Shown: one piece after another, positions 28,644 through 41,144 of the stretch
Layout: each line of letters begins with the position of its first letter
How positions within the stretch are numbered: the stretch's first letter is position 1
Assembly (NCBI GenBank): GCA_965644315.1
Contig: CBFFRQ010000088.1
Coordinates: 179,834 to 243,833, forward strand
Origin: Caecitellus pseudoparvulus
Lineage: Eukaryota > Protista > Bigyra: Bicosoecida
Direction: 5' to 3'
Length of the DNA: 64,000 nucleotides
Program-made: the position numbers and the translations under genes
The notes under the pieces: model-generated
Told to the model about the DNA's origin: nothing
What the model saw: the letters and a program-made list of their open reading frames with translations, nothing else
Databases searched by the model: none

Positions 28644-31600
28644 CGATGATGAGGCAGTTGATCGAGAAGATGCTGGAGAAGTCAACTGGGCATCCATCGG
28701 TTCCTCGTCTAGCTTGCGGGATGCAAGCAGGACCAGGCGCTGCCGGGTGCTGAGCAGGTCCCTGGCGGCAAGTCGACTGCGGTGCCGCAGAGCGTTGACT
28801 TGCATGGTGTACGTGCTCAAGCTGCCCGAGCTGTGGCTGACAATGGCCTTCAGGATGTCCCGCACGGCCTGCACGGGCGTGTCGGGTGGAATGCAGTCAA
28901 GCACAGACACGCCGTCGAGGAACTGCACGCGCCCTGCCAGCGCAGCGACCGCCGCTTCCTTACACGTTGCCTTCCATTGAGTAAAGGCAGCCTTGAAGTA
29001 CCGCGCAAGTGGGTCAGAACCTTGTACTTTCGCCAGTAGCGGCGGCTCAGCAAAGAGCTGCTCCAGGAGGGCCGTGTACACTGCTGCTGGGGAAGGGGCC
29101 TCGGCTGTGAGCATAGGCAGTCGCCTGTTCAGCTGTGCAGCGCTCACCGCCATGTCGTCTGCCAGGCGCAGCGCTCCAGCGATGTCCCTTTGCTCTGCAA
29201 GCAAGATGTGGAAGGCTTGGTCAGGCCTGTGCAGTGCCCGTGTGAGAACTGTGCGCTCCTCAACCAGACCATACTCCACACAAGCCAGCGCAAGGCTGTG
29301 CACTGTGTCCAACTCCCCCCCACCGGCGTGCCATGCGTCTTCCACAGCCTGCCGCACTTGGCGCAGCATGCCCTGTACCTGACTGAGAATATTGCTCGCG
29401 TCATACATGGTGGACGTGTTGAGAAAGTGCAGCAGGCGGAGCCGGAGCCGCCGCAGCAAGGGCTGGCTTTCCTCCTGGGCGTGGGGAGGCTGCCACAACG
29501 TGGACAGGACGTCCTGCGCGTCCGAGTCGTCAGTTAGATTCCGCGACGCCAACGCGGGGGCCCTGGCACGCATGAAGGAGGCCCACTCAGCGGGCCGCGC
29601 ACTCAGCAGCGCAGGGCGTAGGCACTCCATGTACAGCCACGCCAGGGCGGCGTGCATGATCGGGGGTGCAGTGTGCTGGGTCACAACATGCTCCAGGAAG
29701 GACATGGCTGCAAGGCGCCCGTCCCAGGCATAGGGCGTGCCGCGCGCGACGCCGCCAGACCCACACATCTCGCGGAATGTGTGGATGCCCACGGAGCACC
29801 ACCAGGGAGCGGGAGATCCTTGCACAGCGAAGCCCAGCTCTCGAGCTGCCGCTGCAATGTCACCCCCCACACGCCCAGTGAGCAGGAAACTCGCGACCCA
29901 GAAGGGATTCAGACAGGTGCCGCGCAGCGCGTGTGCGGCGTGGGTGGGTTCAGATGGCCGTGCGCCGACAGTGCTGCTCAATGCAGAGCTGCGGAAGACG
30001 CTGGAGCGACGGACAGTGGGGGGGGCTTCTGTGCCATCGGGTCCACCTGGGTGCTGCTTAAACCAGTCAGTGTACTCGCCATGGTTGCGCTGGAAGACAG
30101 ACAGGCCAGCTTGGATGCCAGACAGGCCGATTTCTCCCCCCAGCAGTGGCGTGACGGCCCCGAGCACGGTCGGCTCGTGCGGTGAGGGTGTTTGGGCGAG
30201 ACATGCCACGAGCGTGCACAGCACTCGATGGCGGTCTTCACGCGTGCTGCGCAGCGACCGCTGCTGCTTGAGACCCAAGTGGTGCTCGAGGTGCTTTGCA
30301 AGCCCTTGCGGCACTGGCTGCAGCTTGCCCAGCCCAGCAACCGGCTGCTGCTGAGCCTTGATGCGCTGCACACGCAGACTGGCCCGCGCTAGCACTGCGA
30401 AAATCACTCGGGTTGCAGTTTCCTGGTCGCCACGGGAACGGTGGAAGGCCGCCAGGTGCCGCCACTGCCCCGTGCGAGAGAGCTGCCGTGTGGCCTCGGC
30501 TGGCACCACGGCGTTGTCTTGGGCCAACAAGCGGAAGAGAGCGTTGCGGCACTTGCGCAGCTCCTTGCACAAAGACGGCACCGACAGCTCGCTGCTGGCT
30601 GCTCGAGTCGCCTGGCTTTCAGCACTCACTGCGACGGCAAGCAAGCCCCTGGAAGTCACGGCGGGCAGGAATGCCTCCAGCGCGTCGGCTGCAAAGGATG
30701 CTGCGAGCTCCTCGTCGGATGCAAGCTGCTCTGCATCCACGGAGGCCCACAGGCAGTCGGCCCCCGGATCCATGTGCACGTCAAAGAGCGGCAGCCCAAC
30801 GCCAGCAGCCTTTGCATCCACGTCCCCAGCCAGGGCGTCGCTTCGATCCATCGCTCCGGATGGCAGGCGCGCCGCTGGGCCAGCCGGCGTGACTGGGTTG
30901 TCCTCGTCCTGCATGGCATTTGCAAAGGCGAGGCTGTCCAGGGAGTCCCACGACCGAATGCTTGGTTCAGAAAAGGCAGAGCAGTCGCTGCCATCGCTGG
31001 CATCACTGCTGGAAGAGCTCAAGGCTGTGCTCTTGGCGTGGGCCGACCGCCCAGACACGACGCTGAACGACGCACTGACGCTGGGAGCGGCGCTGCCGCC
31101 GTCGCTGTCGTCGTCGCTGAATGCACTCAACGACGCACTCGAGCCCTGGGGTGGGCGGCGCTGGTGTGTGGGGAGTCCAGCTGCCTTGGCGAGGGAGCTG
31201 GCTAGGGCAGACGAGCCCCCACTCACGTGGGCTGAGGCAGCTGCGGAGCCAGACATGATGCTGCGAGCATCAGACGCCGCCTCCCACGCAGATCCAGAAC
31301 TGGACATCCCACCACGACCACGGAGCGTGAGCATGTTGGCGCGTGTCGTGGCAGCGGTGGTGTCTTGGTGTCTGCGCACGCCAGCCGCCCTCATGCGGGC
31401 TTGCAGCACGCCGACCTGGTCAGGCGCCATCTTCCGCACGACGGCCATGGTCGCGGCAGCCTTGGCGGACTGCTCCAGCTCGCAGCGCAGGGAGGCCCAG
31501 CGCCAGGTGAGCGCGACGAGGAGGCAGTTGTCCACGAGGGTGGTCAGGGGCAGGTCGCCGCCAAGCACGACCCCAGGGGGCACAGTGGGCGACAGCAAGG

Positions 31601-34600
31601 CTTTATCTGAGGTGCTGCCTTGCGCGATGCTGGCGATGTGGGCGTGCGTCTCCATGGCAGCGCGGGCGACGTCCTGCCCCACGCGCCCCTTGAGGCTGCC
31701 GGACGCCGCCGCCCCTCCCATGCCCACTGCCAGGCCATGCAGCGCAGAGTCGGGGATGCGCAGGCCGGCGGCGCCGTCCCCCACAGCCCACCGCGTGACG
31801 TCTTGCAGCTCGACGGCGAGGTCCCGGGGCGTGCCGGGCTCGGCATCTTCTGGCTCCTCCTCCCCCTGCACACCCTCCACCTCCCACACGTCTGGGCTGC
31901 CTGAGGCGCCGTCCCCCAGCAACCACTTCCACGTACCCCCTGCCACGGCTCCTTGCGCAGGCTGGCGCACTCGCCCCCCTCGGTGCGCTGCAGCCATCAG
32001 CCTCAGGCGCTGGCGGCGCTGACGGCGGCGCAGTGCTGAGCGCCACCGCCGCAGGTACGGCACGAGGTGCGGGAGGACTTTGGGCACCATGTCGTCCATG
32101 AGCAGCCTGCACGTCATGGCATGGGGCAAGATGCGCCGCAGAGCCACGCCTCGGGGCAGCACTTGGGGGACCAGGGCCAGCACTCGCCGCAAGGGGTGTT
32201 GGCTGCGCCACAGGTGCCGCAGGGCGCTGCCGAATGCGCCAGCTGCAAAGCGCCGGTAGCCGTGTTGCTCCCGCCATTTGCGCACTTGTTGGATGTCCAG
32301 ACCCATTCCCAGCCGCGTGCCGATGAAGGTGTTGCAGATCCACAGGGCTTCTCTGAAGTTCGGCGGGTGCTCTGTCATCAGGTCTGCCACGTGGCTGAGC
32401 GGGTTCGTCACGGCGCACTCCACCAGCGTGCCGCCAGCCACCACGAGCACGCGCTCTGGCTGCTCAGCGAAGACCACATCAGACTTGGACAAGCCAAGGT
32501 CGCGCCTTGCCTGGGCATAGCTCAAGGGTTCCTGCAGCCCACGCTCCACTGCGTCGAATGCGGCCAGCAGCTCGGAGGGGGGCGGCGACGCCGGGCGAGA
32601 AGGGTGCCAGGCAGACACCCCCGTCGCAACCCGCAGGTGTGTCAGCACGCGTGTGGCCAACCGACGCGCCTCCAGTTGACGCTGCTCCCAGTGGGACAGT
32701 GCAGAGCGGACCGCAGCCTCCCGTGGACACTGCAGCACTGCCACTGCGCCTTGCAGGGGCAGGCGCTGCACCATGCGGCTGCGGATGTTGCCGCTGCTGG
32801 GGGTGGGCTCGGGCAAGGCGTGTGGCTGGGAGAGTGACTGCGTGCGGCGAGGAGCTGGGGCTTCTGCCTCGCTCCCAAAGGACCCACCGGGCCGGGGCGG
32901 GGACTGCCGTGGCACTGGCGGCCCTCCTCGTGCACGAGCATGGGGACTGCGTGGTGGCCCCCGCACAGAGCTTGCCGTGGTGGAGACGCTGGCAGCATCT
33001 GACATGCTCTCTGGCTCTGTGCCTGCGAAGAAGAAGTGCGCAGGCTTGTTCAGCCGCGGGCCTCCGTGGCTGCGTCGTGGACGGGGCACTGGTCGGGGCC
33101 GCGAGGCAGCCGCCGCTTCATGGGGGTTCACCAAGCGCAGCATGCGCCCCTCTTCCACCAGCAAGGAAGGACTGGCCGTCTCAGGCTCAGGCTCCAGTCC
33201 GGCAAAGTCGTCCACCTGTGGCGTGCTGACTGGCCACAGCGGGTGCCCCGTGAAGGGGGGGCGGCTGCTGGGCCGTGAGGCTGGCACGCCAAGGCGCTGC
33301 GTCGCGGCTTCCCCCGACGTCGCGATGGTGACTTTGGGGGGAGGGTTCAGGCTGGAGTTGGCAGTGGACGTGGATGGCAGCAGGCGGTGCACCTCCAAAC
33401 CCCCTGCCCCAATGGCCAGAAGCAGGGGCGTGCTGCTGGTACTGACTGTGCTGCGGGGTGGCCCACTCAGCGCCATGTCAGCGTTGGAGTCTGCCGCAGC
33501 GGCGGAGCTGGATGCCGTGCCCCCCTGCTGGTCCAGCACCATGGCTGACAGGGCGGCGCCCTTGCCCAGGCGCTGGCCTTTGAACGATGCGATGATGGCG
33601 GCGGAGGGACGGCCCTTGCCTTCGGCGCTGCCGCCGGCTCCAGGCGCGCTGCTGGAGGGCGGCATGAGTCCTCGGTGGGGGTGTTGCAGCCTGCCACCGC
33701 CTGCACCTTGCCCGGGTTCGCCGGCTGCTCCCAGGGAGCGGGTCTGGCGCAGGCTGGGCATGTGCAGGGCCACAGCTCCCTCCCACTCCCACGGTACCGT
33801 CTGCACAGCCACTGGCACGTTGGTGGGTGGCTGTGCAGACGGCGCCACTGCAGATCCAGCTGGCACACCCATCGTGCGCAAGGCAGCCTTCGCTGCCGCG
33901 ATCAGGCGGCGGGCAGTGTCTGGCGCCAGGCCTTGCCAGGCAGTGGCAGTGTCGCCTTCTTCCCGACCGCCCCGCCCAGCCCCCTCTCGTTTCCTGAGCC
34001 GCACGCCAGTGGGCCCAAAGTACCCTTCGATGAGGATGGCGGACAGGCTGAAGCCGCCCAGCAGACCCTTGGCGTCTTTCTGCCCTGAGGCTTCCGCGGC
34101 GCGCTGGAAGACGCTGTCTGCGACGGCAGCTGCGACCAGCGCCACGGCAGCCGCCAAGGCAGATGGCAACGTCAAATGCCGGGCTGCCAGCCACCGCACT
34201 GCCTCGCCAGCGGCACTGCCTTCCTGCAGTGAGGGCTGCGGCCAGGCTGCCAAGACCGTCGCTCGGGGCGGCGTGAGGGGCATGACTGACGCCTCCCCTG
34301 AGCTTGCAGCACTGCCCAACGGCGCAGGCGGCATGGGCGGTGCGGAAGCAGTGCTGCTGTCGACGGAGGCAGAGTCAGACGCTCGGCCAGGGCGGGGCGC
34401 GCCTGGCAGCTGAGGGCTGGGCGCCGGCCCCGGTTCAGGTGCTGCGGGCAGCCCTGCGAAAGGGATGCGGGAGACGACGACGCCTTCGGCTGGCTGGACG
34501 AGGATGTACTGCTGGTTCGTGCCGATGATGGCCACCTCTGTGTCTGGCAGCGCCGTCAGACGCAGCCCTTCCGTCACAGTCAGCGGCACGCCGGCTGGGC

Positions 34601-35450
34601 CGTCCCCGATGCCTGGCGCCGCCCCCCCCGCAGCCCCTCCATCGCGTGCAGCCGCCGAGGAGGCCAGTGCGGCGCGTGTTTTGGGGGGAACGGCGATGCC
34701 ATGGGCTTCCAGGGCGCCCCACGGCACACTCACGTGACGGGAGTGCAAGTATGGCTGCCAGAAGCCCGGCGCCGAGCAGGCCGTGAGCGTCAGCAGGGGG
34801 CAGTGCAGGTCGTAGCAGCCGACAGGCACGATGTTGCCCCGGCGCACATCTTGCGGGGGCAGCTTGGAACTGCGCGTCTTGGAGCCAGAGTGGCGGCTGG
34901 GCTCGCCGGCGGTGCTGCCTCGCCGCGGGGGCAGGTGTGGCGCTTGCACCGTGGCAGGCACGAGGCGGAACACCCTCAGCATGCTGCCCGTGCCGGCCAC
35001 GATCAGACCAGTGCGGGGAAAGACACACATGCAGGCAGCGTCGTGCGTGTCAGGCAGCAGCGCTTGCATGCGGAGAGTCTGCGAGGCGCAGTGCAGGACC
35101 ACAATGCCCGAGGCGGCGCGGGCCACGAGTGCCGACCAGTCTGGCACTGCAATGAGCTCCCGAATGATCTGGCGATCCCCACACACTCGCTGGAACTCCT
35201 GCACCAGCGCGAAGTACGTCCCCGACGCATCTGCGCAGGGCCGGGCAGGGCTAGATGTGGGCGCTGCTTGCGGAATTCGCAACTGCAGTGCACCAGGTCA
35301 CCCACCGTGCTTGCGCGTGAACAAGTGGATGGACCCCGAGCGGGTGCCGACGAAAACGTCCTGGTCTAATGCGGCATATGAGCAGGCGTTTGGGGGCAGT
35401 GCTACATTCCTCGCATCACGCAGCACTTGCACAATGTCAGCGCCTGCCAT
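28611..35450 (-). CDS. Vps39/Vam6/TGFBRAP1-like protein (CNH + clathrin heavy-chain repeat); intron at 35231-35305
   Basis: Exon 1 (ATG 35450) encodes the CNH-start-like 'VFVGTRSGSIHLF'. C-terminal 'LLHFLNTSTMYD...GLVEERTVL...DQAFHILL...DIAGAL' and 'LDGVSVLDCIPPDTPV' match the Vps39/TRAP1 CHCR region. Confidence 0.7.
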
Positions 35451-35590
35451 GGTGAGGCAAGAGGCGCTGGCTCATGGTGGCCGGGTGGCGCCCGCGCAAG
35501 GCTTGCCGTGCACTGCTGTGGCGGACGCTGCGATGCATTTGACACCTTGCTAAAGATGAAAGGAGACGGGACCCGGGCAGGGAGGGGGGC

Positions 35591-38500
35591 TCAACTGGGC
35601 GTGCGGGGGGGTGACGCCGCCGCTGCACCAGGTGACGCAGCACTTGGAGACGCCGCACCTTGCAGGAGCGTGGTGGCTGCTGCCACGTTCTCCGGGGACA
35701 GCTGGGACACTGCTGCCTGCAGTTGAGACTGCTTGTTGGACTGCAGCAGGCGCAGCGCGAGCTGCAGGCGCTGCTCCAGCAGCGGCGTGCCGAAGCCCGG
35801 GCGCAGCAGAGAGGCCAGCATGAAGTTCAGAGCAGGGCCGAGGTGCGGCCACGCAGCGCCGCCCAGGAAGGCGTCGTCGCCCGCGACAATGCGTTGGCAC
35901 AGCAGGGACACCACCATGCGCACCTCCTCCACATCGTACTGCATGACGGGCAGCAAGCTGAGGCCGGTGCTGATGGCCTGAGCCTGCAGGCGAGACAGGC
36001 TGGCATCCCGCAGCTGGTACACAGCCAGCTTGAAAATGGCAGAGGTGATGTTGTCGGTGACCTGTGAGCCGTGGAACTCCCCAGAGCTGGCCTTGTGCAT
36101 GCCAGCCTGTGCCTCGGCGTGGGTGGGGCTGGCCGCCCCCAGCGCTCGCTCCTTCTCCAGTGCCGTGCCCAGCGCCGCCATGACGCCCTCCAGAGACGCA
36201 GCGTCCATCTGGCTGCAGCAGGCAGCGCCAGCGCCCAGGCCATACGAGGCGCAGTGCCGCAGGGAGGTCGTCTCGCCCTTGGCGCAGGTCTGCAGGAAGG
36301 CGCCGTACTGCCTCCACACCGCGTCGGGTGAGGCGTGGTTCTCCAGCATGTCGTCAATGAGGAAGACGGCCTGGCGCAGGGTGCCTTCCGAGGCGCCAGG
36401 CTGCATGAGCTGCTGCATGAGCGGCAGGACCTTGGCTGACAGCGGCGCGCTGAAGGCGTCTCGGTGCGTCTTCAACATGGACCCCAGCAGGAAGAAGCAC
36501 GACGTCTGCAGGTGCTCCTCAGCGACGATGAGTTCCATCTGCTTGTCGGCCTCCTCCTCATCGTACATGTGCTCGTTCACCTGCAGGGACTGCGCGACGA
36601 CGATGGCGCGCTGGTTCGAGTCGGCGTGCGCCTTGAGCACGACGCCCACCAGGGACTCGCAGTCAGCTTGCCCCAGCAGCGGCCTGTAGAAGGGCCCGAA
36701 CACGACGCCAGGAAGTGGCGAGCTGTCGTACACTGTCACGCCCCCGGCAGAGTGCGCTCGGGGGGGGCGAGTGTCGGGGCCAGGCGGGCTGAGCATGGGG
36801 GAAGGTGACCCTGGGGACGCGGAGCCGGACAGCAGAGCCTCCGCAGTGGAGTCCGGCACCAGGCAGCACACCTCCATGCACACCCGCAGCGCCTCCATGA
36901 TTTCTTTCGCCATCTCGGCGCCTCGCTCCTTGGCCACGGCCTGTGTCAGCTTGGGCAGGGCCTTGGCAAAGGCGCCGGCAGGAGTGGGCGGCGCCATGCC
37001 AGCGGGGACGGGCCCCTCTGAGGCAGCGGCGCCCATGAGTGCGTTCATGACCTTCAGCACGTACGTCTTGACCTGCCCGAAGATGTAGGTGGACAAGTCC
37101 AGCAGAGGCAGGAGCAGGGGCAGGGTGGAGTCCACGAACTGGCGGCAGTGAGCGGGGGACGCCGCCATGAGCGTGGACATGCACCGCAGGCACGCGACGA
37201 GGTCCTCGAAGGACGTCGTCTGCACGCGCACCAGGCGCTCGTCCTCGTTCTCCATGATGACGTACCCGGCGTCGTCGTCGTCTTCGTCCTCCGGGTCAGC
37301 CTGGCGCTGCCGCCTCTCCTCCTCGGGGGACAGCAGCGTGGCGATGTTGGAGACGCTGCAGCCTGCCTGCAGGGTGGGGATGAACACAGGGTAGTACTTG
37401 CCCATGATGTCCCCCCCCACGTGGTTCGTGATCTGCCCCAGGGCCGTCCACAGGTGGTTGCCCAGCGGGTCGTCGTCCTCCCGCGGCGTGGACAGCGCCC
37501 GCTGGAAGATGCCCAGCACCGTGTCCGCGTCCGCTGCGAACTGCGCCGGCGTCATGCACTCCACGAAGGAGGCGATGCAGCCAAAGGCCCGCGCCCGCAC
37601 AGCACGCATGTCCCCCACCGACGGCGTCGCCTTGAGTGCGGCGGGGTCCGTGCCGGCCACGCTCATCACGTCGGGCAGCAGGATGGGCACGTACTTGGCT
37701 GCCTGGGTGGGGCACACCTCCACCACGCAGCCGATGGCGGACATGCACTCCTCCCGGGCAGTGGCGCCGGGGTACGCCAGGTGTGCTTTGAGGGCGGACA
37801 GGAGCGTGTCCAGGTGTGGCGCCACCTGCTCCTCCACGCAGTACTTGACGTAGTTCATGCAGCAGGAGGCGGAGTGTGTCGCCACACGCGGCACGGAGTC
37901 CTGCAGCATGGCGCCCAGCAACGGCAGCACCGTGGCATGGGACATCTCCTGGAAGGCGGGCCCGTTGAAGTGCGCCAGCTGGCCGATGAGGGACAGGGAG
38001 GCATACCGCACTTGGGGCGAGGAGTCGCCCAGGCCCTGGATGGCGTCGTTGGCGACCTTGGACAGGCTCGCCTCGTCCAGACTGTCTGCGGCCTCGATCA
38101 AGTGCACCAGGCCCTGCATGCCGGCATACCGCTGGGGCCAGGCAGACCCCCGCAACAAGCCCGCTGCGATGGTGTACGCGAGCGCCAGGGTGCGCTGGCC
38201 ACCCAGACTGGCGCCCAGGCGCTGCATGAAGGTGGCGGCTGTGCGGGAGGTGCAGTAGGGGTCCTGCTCCACGCTCTCCTGGCGCCTGCCCCACTCCTCG
38301 GCGCTCTCAGAGTGCACCTGCATCAGCAGTTCAAACAGTGTGGGCAGGGTGGCCTGCAGGAACACCCGGTCCGAGCCCCCGTACTTGCGTGCGAGGGCGG
38401 GAGCAGCCTCCGCCCAGGCGAGGGTCACTTCGAAGGCCAGTTCACGGATGTTGCCCTCGACACTGGACTGCCCCGCCAGCTGCAGCAGCACGGGGATGCA

Positions 38501-39515
38501 CTTGCTGGAGATGGGCTCGAACCACGCCGGCTGCAGGGAGCAGACGTCGTTCAGGATGTCCAGGGTCGTGCGCACGCCCTTGGTGTCTCCCGCCTGGATG
38601 AACGAGTTCAGGGCGTGCAGGAAGGACGGCCCCAGCCCCGTGTAGTGGGCGATGAGGCTGGCTTGCGTGGACGCCTCCTGCTCAATGCAGATGAGCTGCG
38701 TACCGGCCGCCCGCAGTGCTGCCATGCGTACCAGGGGTGGGTACGCGCTCTCGATGTTGTGGGCGAAGCGGGCCACGACAGCAGGCAGCTCCCGCACCTT
38801 GGCGTCCAGGATGGTCCAGGACAACTGCTCCATGAGGTACAGCGCCATTTCCCGCTGCAGGGGCGTGGAGGCAGAGGCGTCTGAGTCGGTGGCGGCCAGC
38901 ATCCACCCCCATAGCTCGGGCCAGTCCCCCATGGCGAACTCCCGCCCACCCACGGCGAAGACGCAGTCCGTGATGCTGCGGGTGATGGAGCGGTGCTGCA
39001 TGCTGGACATGGAGGACAGCAGGGCTGCCTTGATGGGGGGCTTGGCTGCGTCCGGCACGGACCACCACAGGCTGCTTTCATCGTCCTTCGACACCTCCTC
39101 GCGGAAGTTCAGCATGGCCAGGTGAGCGACAGCCAGCAGCTGCTTCTGCTGGCTGGAGTGGCTGCCTTCCACTGGGATGCTTGCTGCCTGCTGGGCAATC
39201 TGGGAGACGCAGCGGCGGGCGGCAGCGTGAGCCCAGCGTTTCAGGCGGGGTGAGTGAAACGCCACACTCCGCCGAGCAGAACATGACGCCAGCCGGCAGG
39301 CGCTGCTCCCCAGCGCAACAGGAATAGAAGAGAGGGTGCGAAGTGAACACACTCACCTCGCAGTACAGCGCCAGGCAGTCTGCAGGCTGTGCGACGGCAA
39401 ACTCTTGCAGTTGCCGCCTGGCAGCCATGTTGGTTTGGGCAACGGGGGACATCTGCTGCTGCAGCACCATGCACAGGCGGTTGGCATCCACCCCGCCGGA
39501 ACCTGTTGCAGCCAT
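35591..39515 (-). CDS. IPO5: Importin-5 / karyopherin beta-3 (Kap121/Pse1)-like HEAT-repeat protein, multi-exon at the 5' end
   Basis: 'WPELW', 'IRELAFEV', 'WPQRYAGM', 'DSSPQVRYASLSLIGQL', 'VPRVATHS', an acidic loop 'EDEDDDD', 'RHCASYGLG' and 'VTDNITSAIFK'. Confidence 0.8.
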
Positions 39516-39933
39516 GACTGTTCGGTGCTTAAAGCCCTGCTGCGAAACCTAGCGCAGCCGCCGCTGGCCTCGTCAACCAGGCAGCTGGTTGCCTTGGCCT
39601 GTGGTCAAGTGCGGAACAAGCTGCACAACCCGTGCAGCCAACCGCAGGCACTCCCACCTCCAGCAATGCACGAGGAGGAGCCGCAGCACTACGAGGGGGC
39701 ACGTGACTGGAAAGCCTTCTGGGAAAGGGCAGGCTCGCGTGGCGGGTGTTTTTTGACTCCCGGCAAGCCACCCGATCGTGGGAGCAAAACTCGACGCAAG
39801 CTTCAGGCCTCAGGTGCTCTCCCTCACGCAGAGCCGAAGCCCAGGCCAAACTTGCGTCGCCCAGGCAATGCAGGTCTCGTGTACCACCTTGTTGTTGCGA
39901 ATCGCACCTCCTCCTTCGTGGCCCGGTCCTGCC

Positions 39934-41130
39934 ATGGCTGCGTCCCCTGCTGTCGCGAGAGCTGCCACAGGCGCCGGCGTGGTGGCTGGCGCAGGTGCTG
40001 CAGTGGATGACGCCGCAGCGCGGCACGCCGATGCCGACGTGGGCAGCATCGTGCGCATGCCCTTGCCCAATGAGAAGGGCTCCTTGGGCTGCCGCATGCG
40101 CGCCACCATCGCCACCATGGGCGCCGACGGTGCCAGCGTTGTGACGTGGGACGGCCAGGAATTCAGCGGCCTTCCACCGAGCCTTCTGGAGCCTCTGCAG
40201 CCATTTGAGGTGGAGGGACGCGTACACTGTGACATTGACGGCGTGGCAGGCGCAGAGACTCTTAAATCGCACGCCTCAGTGCTGTTCAAACTCAAAGACT
40301 TCCAGGCTGCCATGGAGGTGTACCTGGCTGCGTTGCGGAAATTGGAGGCTGCCACGCCGCTGCTGTCCATCAGCGTCGGCTCCGCCGTGCTGTGCGGCGT
40401 GCAGGGCGTCAGCGCCGACGCCACCACCCTGCGTGTGCGGCCTGCGACGGTCGCCACGTTCTCCGACTTCTCCGCTGACGTGATGTTCGAGGACGGCATC
40501 GCGTCCCTGCCGGACGAGGAAGACGCCGTCAGCCTGACACGCCTGACAGCCCTGCCAGACCCCTCCACGTACGCAGGCCAGCAAGCCCTGGCCCTGCAGC
40601 GCACGCTGCACATGAACATCGTCCGCTGCATCATCGCCGGCGTGCCCTTCGCCCGAGAAAAGTCCGCCCAGCTGGATGTCGGCCTGCTCTCGGCCGACGC
40701 CGCCATCGCACTGTCTCTGATTCTCAGCGCAGCGCCCCCTGCAGACCCCCCCGCTCCATCGGCAGCGGCTTCTGCAGGGGGCGGCATTGCACCTGCACCT
40801 TCCCCTGCCACACCCCGCAGCCGGGTGGACGACCCCCAAGGCACAGCGTGGTACTTGAGGGCACGCCTGTTCAGCCGCAAGTGCAAGTGGGTGGCAGCTC
40901 GCGCCAGTGCCGACCGGGCCAAGGCCTTGCTGCCCCCTGCCAAGCACGCCACGGTGGACGCCTTCTTGGCGGGCCTGGACCGTCAGAAGGCCCAGGCCCG
41001 CCATGCCGACCGAGCCTTGGCACGCTCCGTGGCGGCATATGTCGCACAGGTGGCGCATGAGCGGCCGGACTTCGGCGTGCCTGGCGCAGACGTGGACGCC
41101 GCCGGCGGTGCAGCAGAAAGCAAGCATTGA
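39934..41130 (+). CDS. TPR-repeat protein with an inserted small beta-domain
   Basis: 'AETLKSHASVLFKLKDFQAAMEVY', 'LHMNIVRC' and 'AWYLRARL' are TPR-like helices. Between them lies a 'VGSAVL...RPATV...ADVMFED...EEDAV' insert. Confidence 0.55.
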   Translation: MAASPAVARAATGAGVVAGAGAAVDDAAARHADADVGSIVRMPLPNEKGSLGCRMRATIATMGADGASVVTWDGQEFSGLPPSLLEPLQPFEVEGRVHCDIDGVAGAETLKSHASVLFKLKDFQAAMEVYLAALRKLEAATPLLSISVGSAVLCGVQGVSADATTLRVRPATVATFSDFSADVMFEDGIASLPDEEDAVSLTRLTALPDPSTYAGQQALALQRTLHMNIVRCIIAGVPFAREKSAQLDVGLLSADAAIALSLILSAAPPADPPAPSAAASAGGGIAPAPSPATPRSRVDDPQGTAWYLRARLFSRKCKWVAARASADRAKALLPPAKHATVDAFLAGLDRQKAQARHADRALARSVAAYVAQVAHERPDFGVPGADVDAAGGAAESKH

Positions 41131-41144
41131 CTTGTATTGCCCCT

